A stretch of DNA of 49,649 nt, filler included, from Streblomastix strix (Eukaryota): the NCBI GenBank assembly GCA_008636045.1. It is 3 parts of 3 records of this genome, joined end to end, with 100 filler letters (N's around TTAATTAATTAA, not from the genome) between each part and the next. Parts side by side here need not be neighbours in the genome. Positions count along the whole stretch, not along the records: positions 1 to 16,488 come from SNRW01000802.1; 2 more parts are not named here. One strand, 5' to 3'. Of the stretch, positions 1 through 13,049 are shown one piece after another. How positions within the stretch are numbered: position 1 is the stretch's first letter; the number at the start of each line of letters is the position of its first letter. The position numbers and the translations under genes were made by a program. A model generated the notes under the pieces. It saw only the letters and a list, made by a program, of their open reading frames with translations, was not told the origin of the DNA and searched no databases.

Positions 1-243
1 GACTAAATTGAAATACCGAAACACGTTAATATTCATAGCGATGCAGTGAAAGTTAATGCTTATGCAGATAATTTTGTAATGTTTGTGAATGAATATAGAA
101 CAAAGTATATGAAATATGAGTAATTGAGTAAAAATAATCGTATCAGTTTATGGTTTAAGAACTATCATGGAGAGCTATTGGATTTGAGTTAATCAGATGA
201 CTTTCGAGTGAATTTTACTATCGAATTGTTACTGGAAAATTGA
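1..243 (+). CDS. Putative minor capsid (penton, single jelly-roll) protein, 3' part
   Basis: Frame 1 reads VNIHSDA...RISLWFKNYHGELLDLSQSDDFRVNFTIELLLEN*, resembling the Polinton minor capsid C-terminal pattern (I.lwltD..G..ldl....ftl.L). Context agrees. Confidence 0.6.
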
Positions 244-424
244 ACTAGTTTATGAAGAACAATTTGGTATGGAGGAAATCCGCCATATCATCTGATTTAA
301 GTAATTGAGTTAAAATTAACGGTTCAATTCGTCCACATGAATTTCGGACCCACCCATTAATTATGTTTCATTAATTAATAATCATAATTTAAATACTATT
401 TTGATTTTTTTTTATCATAAGCAA

Positions 425-676
425 ATGGAGTCAAAAATAACACTAGAATAATGTTAATACATTTAAGATCAATGTAAATAGATCAAAGAATTTGAGTAAT
501 AGAGACATAAACTAACTTAAAACCTTAAGGAAAAAATAATCACTAGATAACTTGGTTTAGCTTATAGCTTTGTTGATCCTATCGCTAATGAAGATGATGA
601 AGATACAAGATTAGAATTAATGAATTAATATGATGAAGAAGTTGATGACTTTATCAAAGATATTAAAAGGTTATGA
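425..676 (+). CDS. Hypothetical 83-aa element protein
   Basis: Open ATG-TGA frame with TAR=Gln (MESKITLEQCQYIQD...DIKRL*), preceded by a T-tract and AAATG. Confidence 0.6.
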
Positions 677-835
677 AGCTTTTTTAACTGAATTATTTTT
701 GAACTGTTTTGAAGATTAGTGCTCAAATTATTGGATCTGTTGACCAGATAAATTTAGCTTCTCGATTTATTTTTACGAATTGATTAATAATCGTTCGTTT
801 AAGATATTAATCTTACTTTTTATCTAATCAGAAAA

Positions 836-2192
836 ATGATAATGACTCAGGAAAAGATTGTAGTAGCAAAACAAATCAGTTCCAACAACAAAACGTTCAG
901 CATTGGATCTTATATGGGATTTAACGTTATGATTCGAGATATTGATGGATTCATTAATGCAACAAAATTAGTTCAACTTATTAATAATAAAGAGAATACT
1001 AACAAATAATTGAAGAAAATAATGATAACGTAATAATATAAGGATTACAGGGGTCTCGGAAAGTCCTTACAGGGGAAAAGGAGGATTAACGGAGAGATAT
1101 ATAAATATAAATTATATAAAATTATAATCATATATATGAATACTATAAAATTAAATAAAAATAATTTTTAAAATTATCTTCCTTAAAAAATCAATTTAAA
1201 AAATAGCCAAAAAAAATTTTTTTTTAAAAAATTTAAATGTAAATAATTTTTATAATAATTATTTAAAATTCGATTAAAATATGTTATTAATACTAAATTA
1301 AACATAAATATTAAAAATTAATCATTTATTATCGAAAATTTCGATTTTTAAATTTTTTCAATTTTTTCCCTTAAAAATCCATAGAAAATTGATTTTTTAA
1401 GGAAGATGATTTTAATAATTATTTTTATTTAATTTTACAGTATTCATACATATGATTATAATTTTATATAATTTATATTTATATACCTCTCCATTAATCC
1501 TCCTTTTCCCCTGTAAGGACTTTCCGAGACCCCTATATAAGTAATATCTATATAAAAACTTCGTCGGACCCATATAGGATCGTCACTAAATGGACTATTA
1601 ATTGGACAATAATTTCAACAACTAAATTAGAGGTATATATGCATACAAAGAATTGTTGAATATCATCTATATGAAGGCATCAGAGAAGTATTTACATGAA
1701 ATTACGTAAATAATGAATACTTTAAATGAAAGATTAATAGAAGAACACTTTGTTCAACCTGATATCGATATTTTGCAATAACGCGAAGAATTAATGAAAT
1801 ATGGCATTGTAGAAAACTAGATTGTAATATGTTTCTTATATAATGATGTTGAACATTTATAAACGCGAACTGTTCACTTAGGTACTGAAACTAAGTATTG
1901 CTTATTAATTGAAGAATATGAATCAGATGATAATAATATAACTATAGAAATAAGAAGATTGAATAAAAATCATAAGAGACCTATATATATGCAATCGCTT
2001 CGAAATAATTCAATAATGTTCATTGATAATTTATCAAATGCAATGAGCTCTAATGAAATGATTAAAAAAGATTTATAAAAAAGAGAAAATATGAAGATTA
2101 GAGGTATTATGTACACCTTTCCATAAGATTAACTTGATGAAATTCTAGATTTGATTGAAAAAATTATCTAAGAGCGTAAATAGATTAATTGA
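836..2192 (+). pseudogene. KilA-N domain protein interrupted by a MITE
   Basis: GSYMGFNVMIRDIDGFINATKL...IRGIYAYKELL motifs. Removing 1048-1535 plus one TA restores one continuous frame (..QYKDY|KQYLYK..) to TGA 2190-2192. Confidence 0.85.
1048..1535. mobile_element. Non-autonomous Tc1/mariner-type MITE, 488 bp
   Basis: ~150-bp near-perfect TIRs starting CAGGGGTCTCGGAAAGTCCTTACAGGGGAAAAGGAGGATTAA, with a terminal-base mismatch on the right. TA target duplication at 1046-1047 and 1536-1537. AT-rich non-coding interior. Confidence 0.92.
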
Positions 2193-2252
2193 CGTTTGAG
2201 ATAATGAATATTATTTTTTGCTCAATCAATTGAATAAATTAATTAATAATAA

Positions 2253-2681
2253 ATGGAAAGAGTACTATTCAATAGCAAGTAAGTAAAAAGTATGAGTATA
2301 ATAAATTCATCAACTGTACCATTAACCACTCCAATAATCACTCCATCAACGTAAGGAACTGATCTAAAAATTATCGATAAAAATGATCCACATGCATTAT
2401 TGTTTGATTCAACTGATAAATTAAAATAGTATTACGGTATTAACAAAGAAACAATTGATTCAATAACTACTTTAAGACTGAATAAGTTATATAAAGTGGA
2501 AGAATATATATTTGGACGTTAAAAAGGACAGATAACATTGAAATAAGCCAAAGATAATTTTGAAATAACATCAATTCAATAATAATTATAATAGATTAAT
2601 GAAAAATTAATGTTCTTGGTTAATAAATTAGAACAAAAATAGCCTATTTCTGAATTTATTGAAGATGAATATATCTCTTGA
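2253..2681 (+). CDS. Hypothetical 142-aa element protein
   Basis: Open frame MERVLFNSK...LKQYYGINKETIDSITTLRLNKLYKVEEY...EDEYIS*. Confidence 0.65.
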
Positions 2682-2694
2682 ATAATCCGAAGAA

Positions 2695-3468
2695 TCATAT
2701 GATTTTTATTAGTTTTCCGTCATTACTATGCTATACAATTAATGCTTGTCGTTTACTTGATAACACAAACTCATTCCATAACTTTTCTTTATCGATTGGT
2801 AATGAAGACTATTAGAAGAATAGATTGAATTTCTATCTGTTGAATCCACTGAAAAAGTATATTGTATCAACGTTAGATTTTAAAGTTGTATCTAAACTAA
2901 TAATATCTTACAAACACAGAAATTAAGTGATTCTGGGCTCTCTATTTTTGAATAGCTTTTTGAATAATGGATTGTTTTTATTTCTAAAGATACTCATTGC
3001 ATCATCGAACATCACTATTGTATGTGGAAATTTTATCTTAAAATCGTTCGCACATGCTCCTTCTATTATCAATTCTTTCGATTCTTCAGTCAATTTACTT
3101 TAAAGGTTCTTATCAATTACTTCATCATAAGTCTATTTTGATTCGATCAGATGATCCAATAACTCATTCACTTCTGCATATGGAACTATTTTAGTAAGTA
3201 TCTTGATCAACTCTTACATCATCTTATAGGTTATATCATTATTACTATCAGCTATGTATATAAATAAAGTGTAACAATGATTAAGAACTTAGCTCAATTT
3301 GATTTGCTCTTTGAATACTTTATATGACTTAACGCTTCCGCGTTAACCTATAAGTAGATTGATAGAATTATACGAGAAGTTTAGTTCTTTATGAATCATT
3401 GATTATACTTCATGTTTATTAGTTTACTATTTACTAAGCAAGTGATCTACATAAGCTGTTAATGACAT
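2695..3468 (-). CDS. A32/FtsK-like DNA packaging ATPase (257 aa; Walker A Gly->Val)
   Basis: INLLIGQRGSVKS (Walker A), TIVMFDD (Walker B), LFKNR arginine-finger region, and FLCLQD with the conserved Gln encoded by TAA. Confidence 0.85.
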
Positions 3469-3557
3469 TTGTTTCTTATTAATTATTTCATTTGCTTTAG
3501 TAAAGAATTTGTTCAACTAATCAATAGTTATATGTTTTTATTTCTAATGATAATTAA

Positions 3558-6500
3558 ATGACTCATAAGAAACTCTCAATTGCAGATGTGGACAGACTAA
3601 TACGATTATATGATACAAATATAGATATGGACATTAACAATACTTAAAAGAGATCAATTCTTAGTACAATATTGATTAAGATCAGATTCTGCGGCTAACA
3701 TAATTACGATAATTCTGTGGAATAAACGATCAATGCAGTAGTTTCAAGAAACTTATATATGAAACAATCGAAAGCAGCAGCTGTAATATAAAAATGAATT
3801 CGTAAATGGTTCAATAAACGAGAGCAATAACGTTAGAATGAATAACAATAATAATTAGAAAGATAAGAATAATTGCAAAAATAACGCGATTAGGATATTT
3901 AACAATTAAGAGATGAATTCGATGAAGATATATTAGACGAAGATAGTATATTTGATGCTAATAAGTATAGAAATAAATACCATTAATTTAGGAAATAAGA
4001 ATAAGATTAGCATAAAAAAGAAATAATAAGAAGCATAAACTTTAGAGCATTAATAATTCTTAGATGAATTGCATAATGTGCCTGAGATTAATATAGATAT
4101 ACTATTCGAAACGAATTATGAGGAAATTTGCGGTTACATTGGAACACATGACTAATATAGATACCATTAGATTGAATAAAATAATTATGATAATGATGAA
4201 ATTATGTTATCTGACGCATAGAATCAAGAGTAATTCGATACATTTAAAAATCAAGCATTATCGAGACGTAGTAGAGAAACAGCTACTCTAACGTATAGTT
4301 CATATAATTAGATAGATCAATAAACAGATTAATAAATAAATGTGAACAAAATTAAACCTACTAGTCAATACTACAATAATGTCTCTTCATTAGAAAATAT
4401 AGATATTCTATTAGATAAAGTGTTCAAGAAAGAGAAAGCGTATGTATTTAAGCTAGCTATGGATTTAGGTGTGATTATCGAACGGGTTGATGGAAACGCA
4501 GAATCTTAGAATATATCTTCCAAGTATGTCCTTCCAATTGACGCAAATACAGAAAGAAGAATTCCATTAGAGATACGATAAAACGATAGCTTTAATCAAT
4601 ATAAATAATACATTCGAACAGTTGTGGGCACTATATAAGAAAGAATTAATTATGATACTCTTGAAAAAATAATAGCCATATTCTCAACAATATTTTTCAT
4701 ATTTCGATTTCCTTTAGGTGGAGCAGCAATACTATCATTAAAGTAACATATCAAACAAAAAGAGATTTATTACGTTGATTATAAGGTGAATCTATATTTT
4801 TAGACTGCTTATAGCTTCATAACAATGCCTAATACTAAGGATAAGTGATGGATGGATTTGTCTCGAATCGCAGAAGCAAAACGTATATTTCAAAGAGTTA
4901 ACGGATTTGAATTTAGAAACAATTATTAAGGATTCAATTTTGTTAGTTATATTGATAACTTTAATAATAAAGAACAGATTAATGTGCACATGTATGCATA
5001 TCATTCAGATCCATCCGATTACGAATTGACGTAAAATTATACTGTTGATGGATCAGATATGTAGTTCAATATCCTATTCATTAATGATGGAATTAACGCT
5101 CATATTATGTACATATCTGATGTTGAAGCATTAACTGGATTTCGTTACTGTAATATATGTCATAGACAAGCATTCAGAATAGGTGATAAAAATCTATAAG
5201 TATAAATGAGAAATCATATGAAAAAATATCAAAAGAATAATGCAAAAATAGTAAAGAAGGTTATTCTCGAAAGATTTGCGAAACTGTTTGTACCTCATAT
5301 ACTTTCGAACAAGACTTATAAGTATCTATTAGCTAAAAGTCTAATTCATTTGTTCTAACCTACTTAGTACTACATTACATATGATATTGAAACATTAGAG
5401 AAAAAGGTTAATGAAAAATTTGGTGATTATTCATAAATAATTGCAATATTAGTTCCATACCTTATTGCATCAACTGTCAAATCAATTAGTGGTATCCATT
5501 CATTCTATTATGATATTCGAACAGATGACTTCATGGATAAGTGGTTAAAGTAGCTATTTGAAGAAGCTAAATAAGTAAAGAAGGATAACAAATACAAAGA
5601 TGAAACCATACCACAGTACTTTGAAATGCCATTAATTGGATTCAACTCAGCAAAATTTGATACTTCACTTGTATATAAGAATCTAAAATCAAAAGATTGG
5701 ACAATTACGAAATATTTGGGATCAAGTACTATCGCAAAACAGTTTGTTGTGAAACATAAGAGATTTGGAGTTTAATTAAGGTTCATTGATTTTAAAATAT
5801 ATACTGAACATACTAGATTGAAAGATTGTGTTCGTGATTTTGGGATTGGCACTTATGAGAAAGGTATATTTGCTCATGAGTTTGTTAATGTTAATAATTA
5901 GATTGATGAATTGAATAAAGGTGAACCATTTCTGATAGAAGTATTCGATAACAAACTACGAAATAAGTAGATTAGTGAAGATAATTACAAAGAATACCTA
6001 GTCGAAGATGCAAAGTTCAAAACATGTTGGGATTATTTGAAACATTATAATATATTAGATACATTAATACTAATCGAACCGATAGATTTCTTGAATAATT
6101 TGATGTTTAGATACAAGTTTGATATTCTTGCTAATATATCAATAGCTTAATGCGCTAATGCTATCAAATATTCTATGTGCTATAGTGATTTCGATATTAA
6201 TGGTAATTACAATTATGAATCAACTAATAAGTCAATAGATATAACGTAATATTATTGGAACTCAAAAGTTGAAAGCAATATCGAACAAGATAGTAAGAAA
6301 GGTTTGATTTCAGTAATAACGTTACGATTGATGAATACTATTATTTTAAAGAAATATTCAAGAATTGGCGATGCCACATATGTTACGTACGATTCATATG
6401 TAAGAATATACCTACATTAGATAGGATAGATAATAGTCTTGGTCATTCGAAATCAAATGTTCTCGCCTGCTGTTTGTACTATAATACTTGCAAAAGCTAA

Positions 6501-8105
6501 TCGAGATGAAAACTAGATGAAATTAATGATATAGCTAAGGAAATACGCGTTATTTAAATAATTGCCCATGACGTTAATTAGTGACAATATCTATAAGATA
6601 GTTAGAAGAGGAATAACAGGAGAACTATCTACAGTAATACTTCGATGCAATATCGCTGGTGAAACTAGAATCAATCATTACGAATATGATAAAGAAAATA
6701 AATGTGTCTATTTAATAGACTCCGATAATGTGATGACATATGTAATTCAATTAGACTTTGATAGCTAATATCCAAGTGTTATGAGCTCAGAAACTCATCC
6801 ATTTATTCCATATACTTGTAATAAAATATAGATGTGCGGATAAGCAATTGAGTTCATTAATGCAACAACATAATTTGATTAGGATGGATGTAATGTATAA
6901 ATATACGATACTAATAGGTTCTCTAATGATCCATTAGTTGTTGATAAAATGTTATTATTTATTGCTGAAGTTCGTGGACATATTGATGAATATTATATCA
7001 ATTATTGCATAGACTTTGGACCGATATTACATAATATTGATATCACTACTAACAAAGAGACTATTGGAGAATATATGTACAATCACTTAGTCGAACATAA
7101 TCTCCCGTACGATATTGTTGAAAGAAAATTAACAAATTTAGTTGATATGAATAATGAGGTAATGTCATTCAACAACTATTACCTATGGCTATTAATAGAT
7201 CAATTTCATTTCATTACTGATGTGATTGTAAGTGTTACTACGTTTACGAAACATGATGGTTTCAATTCATTTGTTAAGGAATTTATATATATAAGATATT
7301 AAGCAAAATAAGATAAGAATGATGGACTTGCATAATTTGCAAAAATAGTATTGAACAGTTCATTTGGAGGTGATGCTTTGAATAGTGAAATGTACTCTAG
7401 TACGAAACTGCTATCAGCTAATAAAACCTTTATGTTGCATATGCTAAGTAATTTCATTAAATCTGCTGAATGGAGAGATGATTTGTATGCTGTATAAATT
7501 GATAAGGAAAATTTCAGGTGCAATACATGTATTAAATGTGCTTTTTTTACATTGGATAATGCTAAATTCTTATATATTAATTTCCTGTATAATTTCCTAT
7601 TCAAAGCGTTCGATAGAACAAAGATGCGCACAATTTAACTTGATACAGATAGTTTAACATTAGCGATAGCTGGCAATTCAAGAGATTTTACATAAGGATT
7701 GGATGCTATAATTAAAGATCCTGAATTCTATAATAAAAATAAAGGATTCTTCTTTAGTGAGATTGGATAGCGAAAAATATTAGGCGTACACATTGAGAAA
7801 CAGAGTTATTTATGTATCGCATTATCTCCAAAAAATTATATAATTAATGATGAAATTGTGCTTAAAGGCGTTAAATTGGATCAAAACCCATAGATCAATG
7901 AACAAACATTCATAGATAACTTTACTAAAGAATATTAAGAACAGCTGTTAATACCACATTAACATAGCATAGAGGTATTATGAGTAGGTTATAAATGAGC
8001 AGAAATGCAATCACTGGATCACATACAAAAATGATAGTATTATCCAATCAATGATGGCTTCTATTTATCAAAGGGATTAATGCTGATAAATATTTTATTA
8101 AATGA
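3558..8105 (+). pseudogene. polB: Protein-primed family B DNA polymerase with an IQ-like N-terminal motif and embedded HNH; frameshifted
   Basis: ExoI YITYDIETL, ExoII IGFNSAKFD, ExoIII HYNILD, motif A LDFDSQYPS, motif B KIVLNSSFG, motif C LDTDSL. Frameshifts near 4020, 6305, 6495 and 7935, plus a few in-frame TGA. Confidence 0.9.
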
Positions 8106-8145
8106 ATTATTTACAAACTTATTTATTTTTTTATCCGATAGCAAA

Positions 8146-8742
8146 ATGACAGCAGAAACAGACGTGTAAGTAAATCAAGTTGGATAGTTTGTTTCATTAG
8201 TAGCAGATAATGACTTTGAAATATACAATGAATACCCGCATCAAATTAGAAGAATTGATAAAAAAGAAATTAAAGAACCATTTTAAACTTAAGGATATTA
8301 TAGAGTAACTCTTAATAAAAAATACTATTTATTGCACAGACTTACTGCTTAAAACTTTATTGATAATCCTGAAAATCTGAACGAGATTTATCATATAAAT
8401 CGAGATAGAAGTGATTATCATATCGAAAATTTGCGTTGGATAACTAGAAGTGATAATTTGAAAAATAAAACCTTACATCATAATATAGTATACACTTATG
8501 TAAACTCTTTATCGGACGAAGCTATTGTAGTGAATGACTATGGGAAATATAGATTCGAGTTTTACTATTATGATCAAGAGACTGATGAATTCTACTATTT
8601 TACTGGAAGATCATATAGATAATTGCATGATAATAAAGTTAAGAAAACAGGTTAATTTTATATTTATATGATTAGTACAGAAAATAAAAGTATAGCAGTA
8701 TATTTAAACTAGTTCAAAAAATTATATGATATAGAGTTTTGA
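8146..8742 (+). CDS. HNH endonuclease (HNH_3/I-HmuI-like), 198 aa
   Basis: GYYRVTLN...LLHRLTAQNFIDNPENLNEIYHINRDRSDYHIENLRWITRSDN. The usual DH appears as YH. Confidence 0.85.
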
Positions 8743-8767
8743 AGTAATTTATTTTTACTTTAATGAA

Positions 8768-8950
8768 ATGGAGAAAGATGAATAACTACCAGAATCATTG
8801 AACAAATTAATCAAATGCATTATCGAAACTGGATAATTGATATAGTTATCGATTCAATTGTAAGAAGTGATTAATAAACTAAATTAAATTGAACATAAAC
8901 TTGATCAGTAAAATCAACAATCAAACTATCTTCAATTGAATAGATAATGA
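8768..8950 (+). CDS. Hypothetical 60-aa coiled-coil protein
   Basis: Open frame MEKDEQLPESLNKLIK...LNRQ* with the same T-tract/AAATG start context. Confidence 0.45.
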
Positions 8951-8975
8951 ACAAATTATTTTTGCTTAATAGAAA

Positions 8976-10472
8976 ATGGAGATGATTGAATCATTATTCG
9001 TACCATTATCTTAAAATCTAGCAGCAAATATAACCTTAACATTTGAAACTCTTGATTCGCTAGGTATTAATTGGAAGAGTATCTGGAAAATTATTTATGA
9101 GGCAGGTATCAAATATGCATGTGAAAGCAAAGTGAGCAGATGATCTTATGATTATTTTTGATATAAAATGAATCGCATTATACTTAATGATAATGATATT
9201 GATAAAATTTATAGATAACTATTAGAATAATATGATCAAACTGATGAACAGATCAATGAAGTATCATTAAACATACAGCAGTAACTAACAAATTTTGCTC
9301 GAGCCACCAATTTAATGAAATTACCTCAATTCATTAGTAACATGAAGTTTACTAAAAATAAGTAAGAGTAATATGTATTATTGATTAAAGCGGAAGATAT
9401 TTAGATTGGTAGTAAGAGTATTAGCGATTGGTATGATATCTATTTAACTGAAGCACAATAGCATAAAACACTTAAAAGATGATCTAAATCAATTAGAAAA
9501 GTTTCTTAAGAATTTTAAGAAAATCAATATGATGAATAACTATCACTATTCCCATTTCGATCTAAGATCAAATAATGCGAAAAAATTAATAAGCAAAAGA
9601 TAATGATACCATCATTAATCAAAGATGTTAAAATAAAACCATTATCTAAGCTTTAACGCCCATATTTTTCTCCTAGAATTGGTTCTTGGGAAATAGACAT
9701 AATACTCGGTATAAATACATCAACTCGAAGAATAAGACTATATTTATTTGCGATCAATATTAATATAAAATATCTAGTAGTTATTCCTATGAAAGATAAA
9801 TCATCAGATTAGCTCAAGATTGCATTAAAGAAATTATTGTAATAAGTATACGTTAATATAATTAGAGGAGATGGAGAAAATGGCTTTAGAGCTAAAGCCT
9901 TAAAACAATTATGCGACGAAAACCACATAATGTCATATTTCACATCATCCAGTTTTACTTAACATAATAGAATAGTTGATAGCGTTATTCTTACAATTAG
10001 AAACGGGTTTGAATAAGACTTAATCAGTTTCACTAATCCAAATAAGATGTAATAGATGGTTGATATATATAATAATACTTCGCATTTAGCCTATTAAAAT
10101 TATTTTACACTTTAATAGGTTCAATTGAGCAGAGATTTAGAAGGGAACTTCATACGACAAAAATAATAACAGTTAGAACTATAATTAATCAAACAGTAAC
10201 GAGAATAGCTACTTGATTTCAAAAGTGGAAATATATTGATGATTCATGTCGATTATTCTAGAACAGGTATTCGATTCTACAAACAAAGACATTAGTTCAA
10301 TGAATTAGCGACATTCATTACCTATAAGAACGGAAATCTTGTATGCAAATTGCTGAATCCGTATGAAGTAATCAGTGTCATTGAATTACCTATTTATTAT
10401 TGTAAATTTATTAGTTAGGATTTAAATTCATTACCAATAAATTATAAAATTTAATTTAATATTACTAATTGA
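8976..10472 (+). CDS. Retroviral-like (RVE) integrase, 498 codons, with three in-frame TGA in the N-terminal region
   Basis: GSWEIDI...YLFAININIKYL...IRGDGENGF...HNRIVDSVILTIR...YNNTSH. No frameshift. TGA at 9141, 9159 and 9480. Confidence 0.85.
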
Positions 10473-10491
10473 ACATTTTTATTTTAAACAA

Positions 10492-10921
10492 ATGCAAGCA
10501 ACCAACGAAATTAAACAAACTAGAAAAAGATAACCGAAGCAAGTAGTTCTATAATTAATCGAAAAATAAATTGCTCCAATTGACGAAGTACTTCAAAATC
10601 CTACTAATGTTCCTACTATTAAACAGTCTTAAATTATTTACTCTCCATTGACCAATATATAATTAGAGTAAGAACGAACAGAATTTTGAGGTCGACTTAA
10701 AAAAATATTCATCCAAAGAAGAAGCTGAAAGAGTAGCCGCAGCATAACGTTAATGGGCTCAATAACGGTATCGCATTCAACAACAGGATTTCCGTTCATA
10801 AGTTAATGATTTGTAACTAATTTTGATTAGACGCTTATAGAGAATAGTTATAACTAACATGTCGGATTTACTTCAAATTAGTGAAATAATTGACCATTAT
10901 AACTAATCAAATAATCAATGA
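10492..10921 (+). pseudogene. Small protein with a degenerate AT-hook-like motif
   Basis: Reads ..F*GRLKK/YSSKEEAERVAAAQRQ.., compatible with an ancestral RGRPKKY. There is a +1 shift in the A-run near 10705. Confidence 0.5.
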
Positions 10922-11046
10922 AAATGGTTTATTTTTGCTTTAATGCGAACGTTAATATATGCGTTAATGGTGTGATTAATGGTGCGATTAGTGAATATGA
11001 TTTATTTGATATGAATACAATTATGATGTCCCCTTGTCGATTGAGT

Positions 11047-11211
11047 CCATTATTAATTTAAGGATTATCTATCAGTTAGTTTTCTAAGCTTTGGATTCTA
11101 TATAATTTGTCCATGTGTCCATGGTGTCATTGGTGACTAGAGTTATAAATCGCCATAAAACCACTGACCATATTTACAATATTTGCCATTAATATTTTCA
11201 ATTAGACATTT
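11047..11211 (+). repeat. Element intergenic repeat, copy A
   Basis: 165-bp direct repeat of 12103-12267. Core TCCATGTGTCCATGGTGTC...TATAAATCGCCATAAAACCACTGACCATATTT. Confidence 0.9.
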
Positions 11212-11256
11212 CATAGATAATTTTCAATGTTATTAATTATATATTTCTGTAATAAA

Positions 11257-11454
11257 ATGAATTACATAACTGAAAAATCCAAATTATAAGGGCTAGATAG
11301 ATTTGCAAAGATATAAGAGGAATTAGACGACGATGAATTATAGGATTATAATTCAATATTCTTATTAGAAAAAGCAGTAAGCGATATAATCCATTATCTG
11401 TTGATGAGTAATGCGTATTCTAAGAAGAAATATTATGAATCTGATGATGAATGA
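11257..11454 (+). CDS. Hypothetical 65-aa acidic protein
   Basis: Open frame MNYITEKSKLQGLDRF...YESDDE* directly downstream of repeat A. Confidence 0.5.
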
Positions 11455-11567
11455 ATATGATTTATTTTTTTCAATTAATACTGTTAATAATAATTTTTTA
11501 TTTTACGAAAATTATCAAAGTAGATATTAATACAACATAAGAATTGGTTCAAAAATAGAAGAAATCA

Positions 11568-11879
11568 ATGTTCAAAGACTAGCACTTTATGGATCTTGAA
11601 TTAGGTAGCGATTTCGTATAACCATACTTAGACTAGGATGTAAAAATAATTAAACGTCTATTGAAAAAATACAAACTATTTATATTAACAGATATATAAA
11701 TTTTAAAATCATTTGCAAATAACTTTAATTACTTAGTTCGTTCTATCAAATAGCTTGAACCTGTTGGTAATGTATATGGACCTCCTATTGATTTGGATAA
11801 GCGACATTGGGAAATGATATCATTCCATTTGTTCGGACCATTTACGAAAAGGTTAGTTAAGATACATTAGTTCGCTTGA
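11568..11879 (+). CDS. Hypothetical protein (may extend past the TGA at 11877)
   Basis: MFKDQHFMDLELG...PIDLDKRHWEMISFHLFGPF. Coding-like sequence continues after the TGA. Confidence 0.4.
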
Positions 11880-12102
11880 CTGATCGATAGAAATATGTTT
11901 ATGATTAGATCTAAAAGTTACCTAAATGAATTGATAGTATATGACTAATGGTAATAAATAATACAGAATTAACTGATGAAAATAATAATTAAACTATTTT
12001 ATATACTCCTTGATTGAGTATTATTTTTATTTCTCGTTAGTGTTAATATAAATATTAGTAACACATGCAAATGAAATTATTTCTAAATAATGTCTAATGT
12101 GC

Positions 12103-12267
12103 CCATTGTTAATTTAAGGATTATCTATCAATTAGTTTTCTGAGCTAGAGATTCTATATAATTTATCCATGTGTCCATGTTGTCTATGATGGCTAGGGTT
12201 CTAAATCGCCATAAAACAATTGACTATATTTATCATATTTGTCATTAATGTTTTGAATTGGACATTT
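12103..12267 (+). repeat. Element intergenic repeat, copy B
   Basis: Colinear diverged copy of 11047-11211. Confidence 0.9.
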
Positions 12268-12354
12268 AATATCATTCTTCAATACAATCGCTCAATATTA
12301 ATCTACAAAATTTATTTTAATGATAATTTTACAATATTTCACTTCAAAAATAAA

Positions 12355-12741
12355 TCATTCTTCATTCATTAACTGATTATTCACATGATTAGTTGGAGGA
12401 TTTATCTGAACTTCAACAACACTGCGCGTATTATTTTCAGTATTTTTCTTCAATTAATATTTTGACTTAGCAACTTTGTTGCCGCCGAAGGTAGCTGCAA
12501 ATTTTCCATTTTTAGTAAAATTATTCACCTCTAATCTATTAAATATTAAAGTTTGAAACTCATTAAATTGCATATATCTTGGCTATAAATTCATTACTTA
12601 TATAAATGTCATTCCTTTAATAAATTTATCTTCTTGCTTTTTGATAATTTAATCTATAAATTAATTACTATATTATAGATATTATTCTAGTTAAGAACGT
12701 CCATCAAAGGGATTGTTGTATTTCATTTTATTTGTTCGCAT
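12355..12741 (-). pseudogene. Hypothetical protein, frameshifted
   Basis: MRTNKMKYNNPFDGRS... shifts in an A-run into KQEDKFIKGMTF...QLMNEE*. Confidence 0.4.
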
Positions 12742-12862
12742 TTGTTTTAAATAGAAATATCAACATATAACTAAAATATAATTTTAATAAACAAATCTTA
12801 TATGCTATTGCATACAAGTATGATAATGGAAATACATTCCATTAATTATTCTTCTCTAGTCT

Positions 12863-13027
12863 TTCAAATTTAGCTTCACTTGTAATGATATAGCAATAAT
12901 GGCAAATATGGTCAGTGGTTTTATGGCGATTTATAACCCTAGCCACCATGGACACCATGGACACATGGATAATTTAATCAATTTCTCCACGATTCCAAGC
13001 ATAGCTCGGCGAAACAAAGGTTCTCTA
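12863..13027 (-). repeat. Element intergenic repeat, copy C (inverted relative to A/B)
   Basis: Plus strand reads AAATATGGTCAGTGGTTTTATGGCGATTTATAACCCTAGCCACCATGGACACCATGGACACATGGA, the reverse complement of the A/B core. 165-bp direct repeat of 15969-16133. Confidence 0.9.
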
Positions 13028-13049
13028 AGCATAACAAAAATGTATCATA

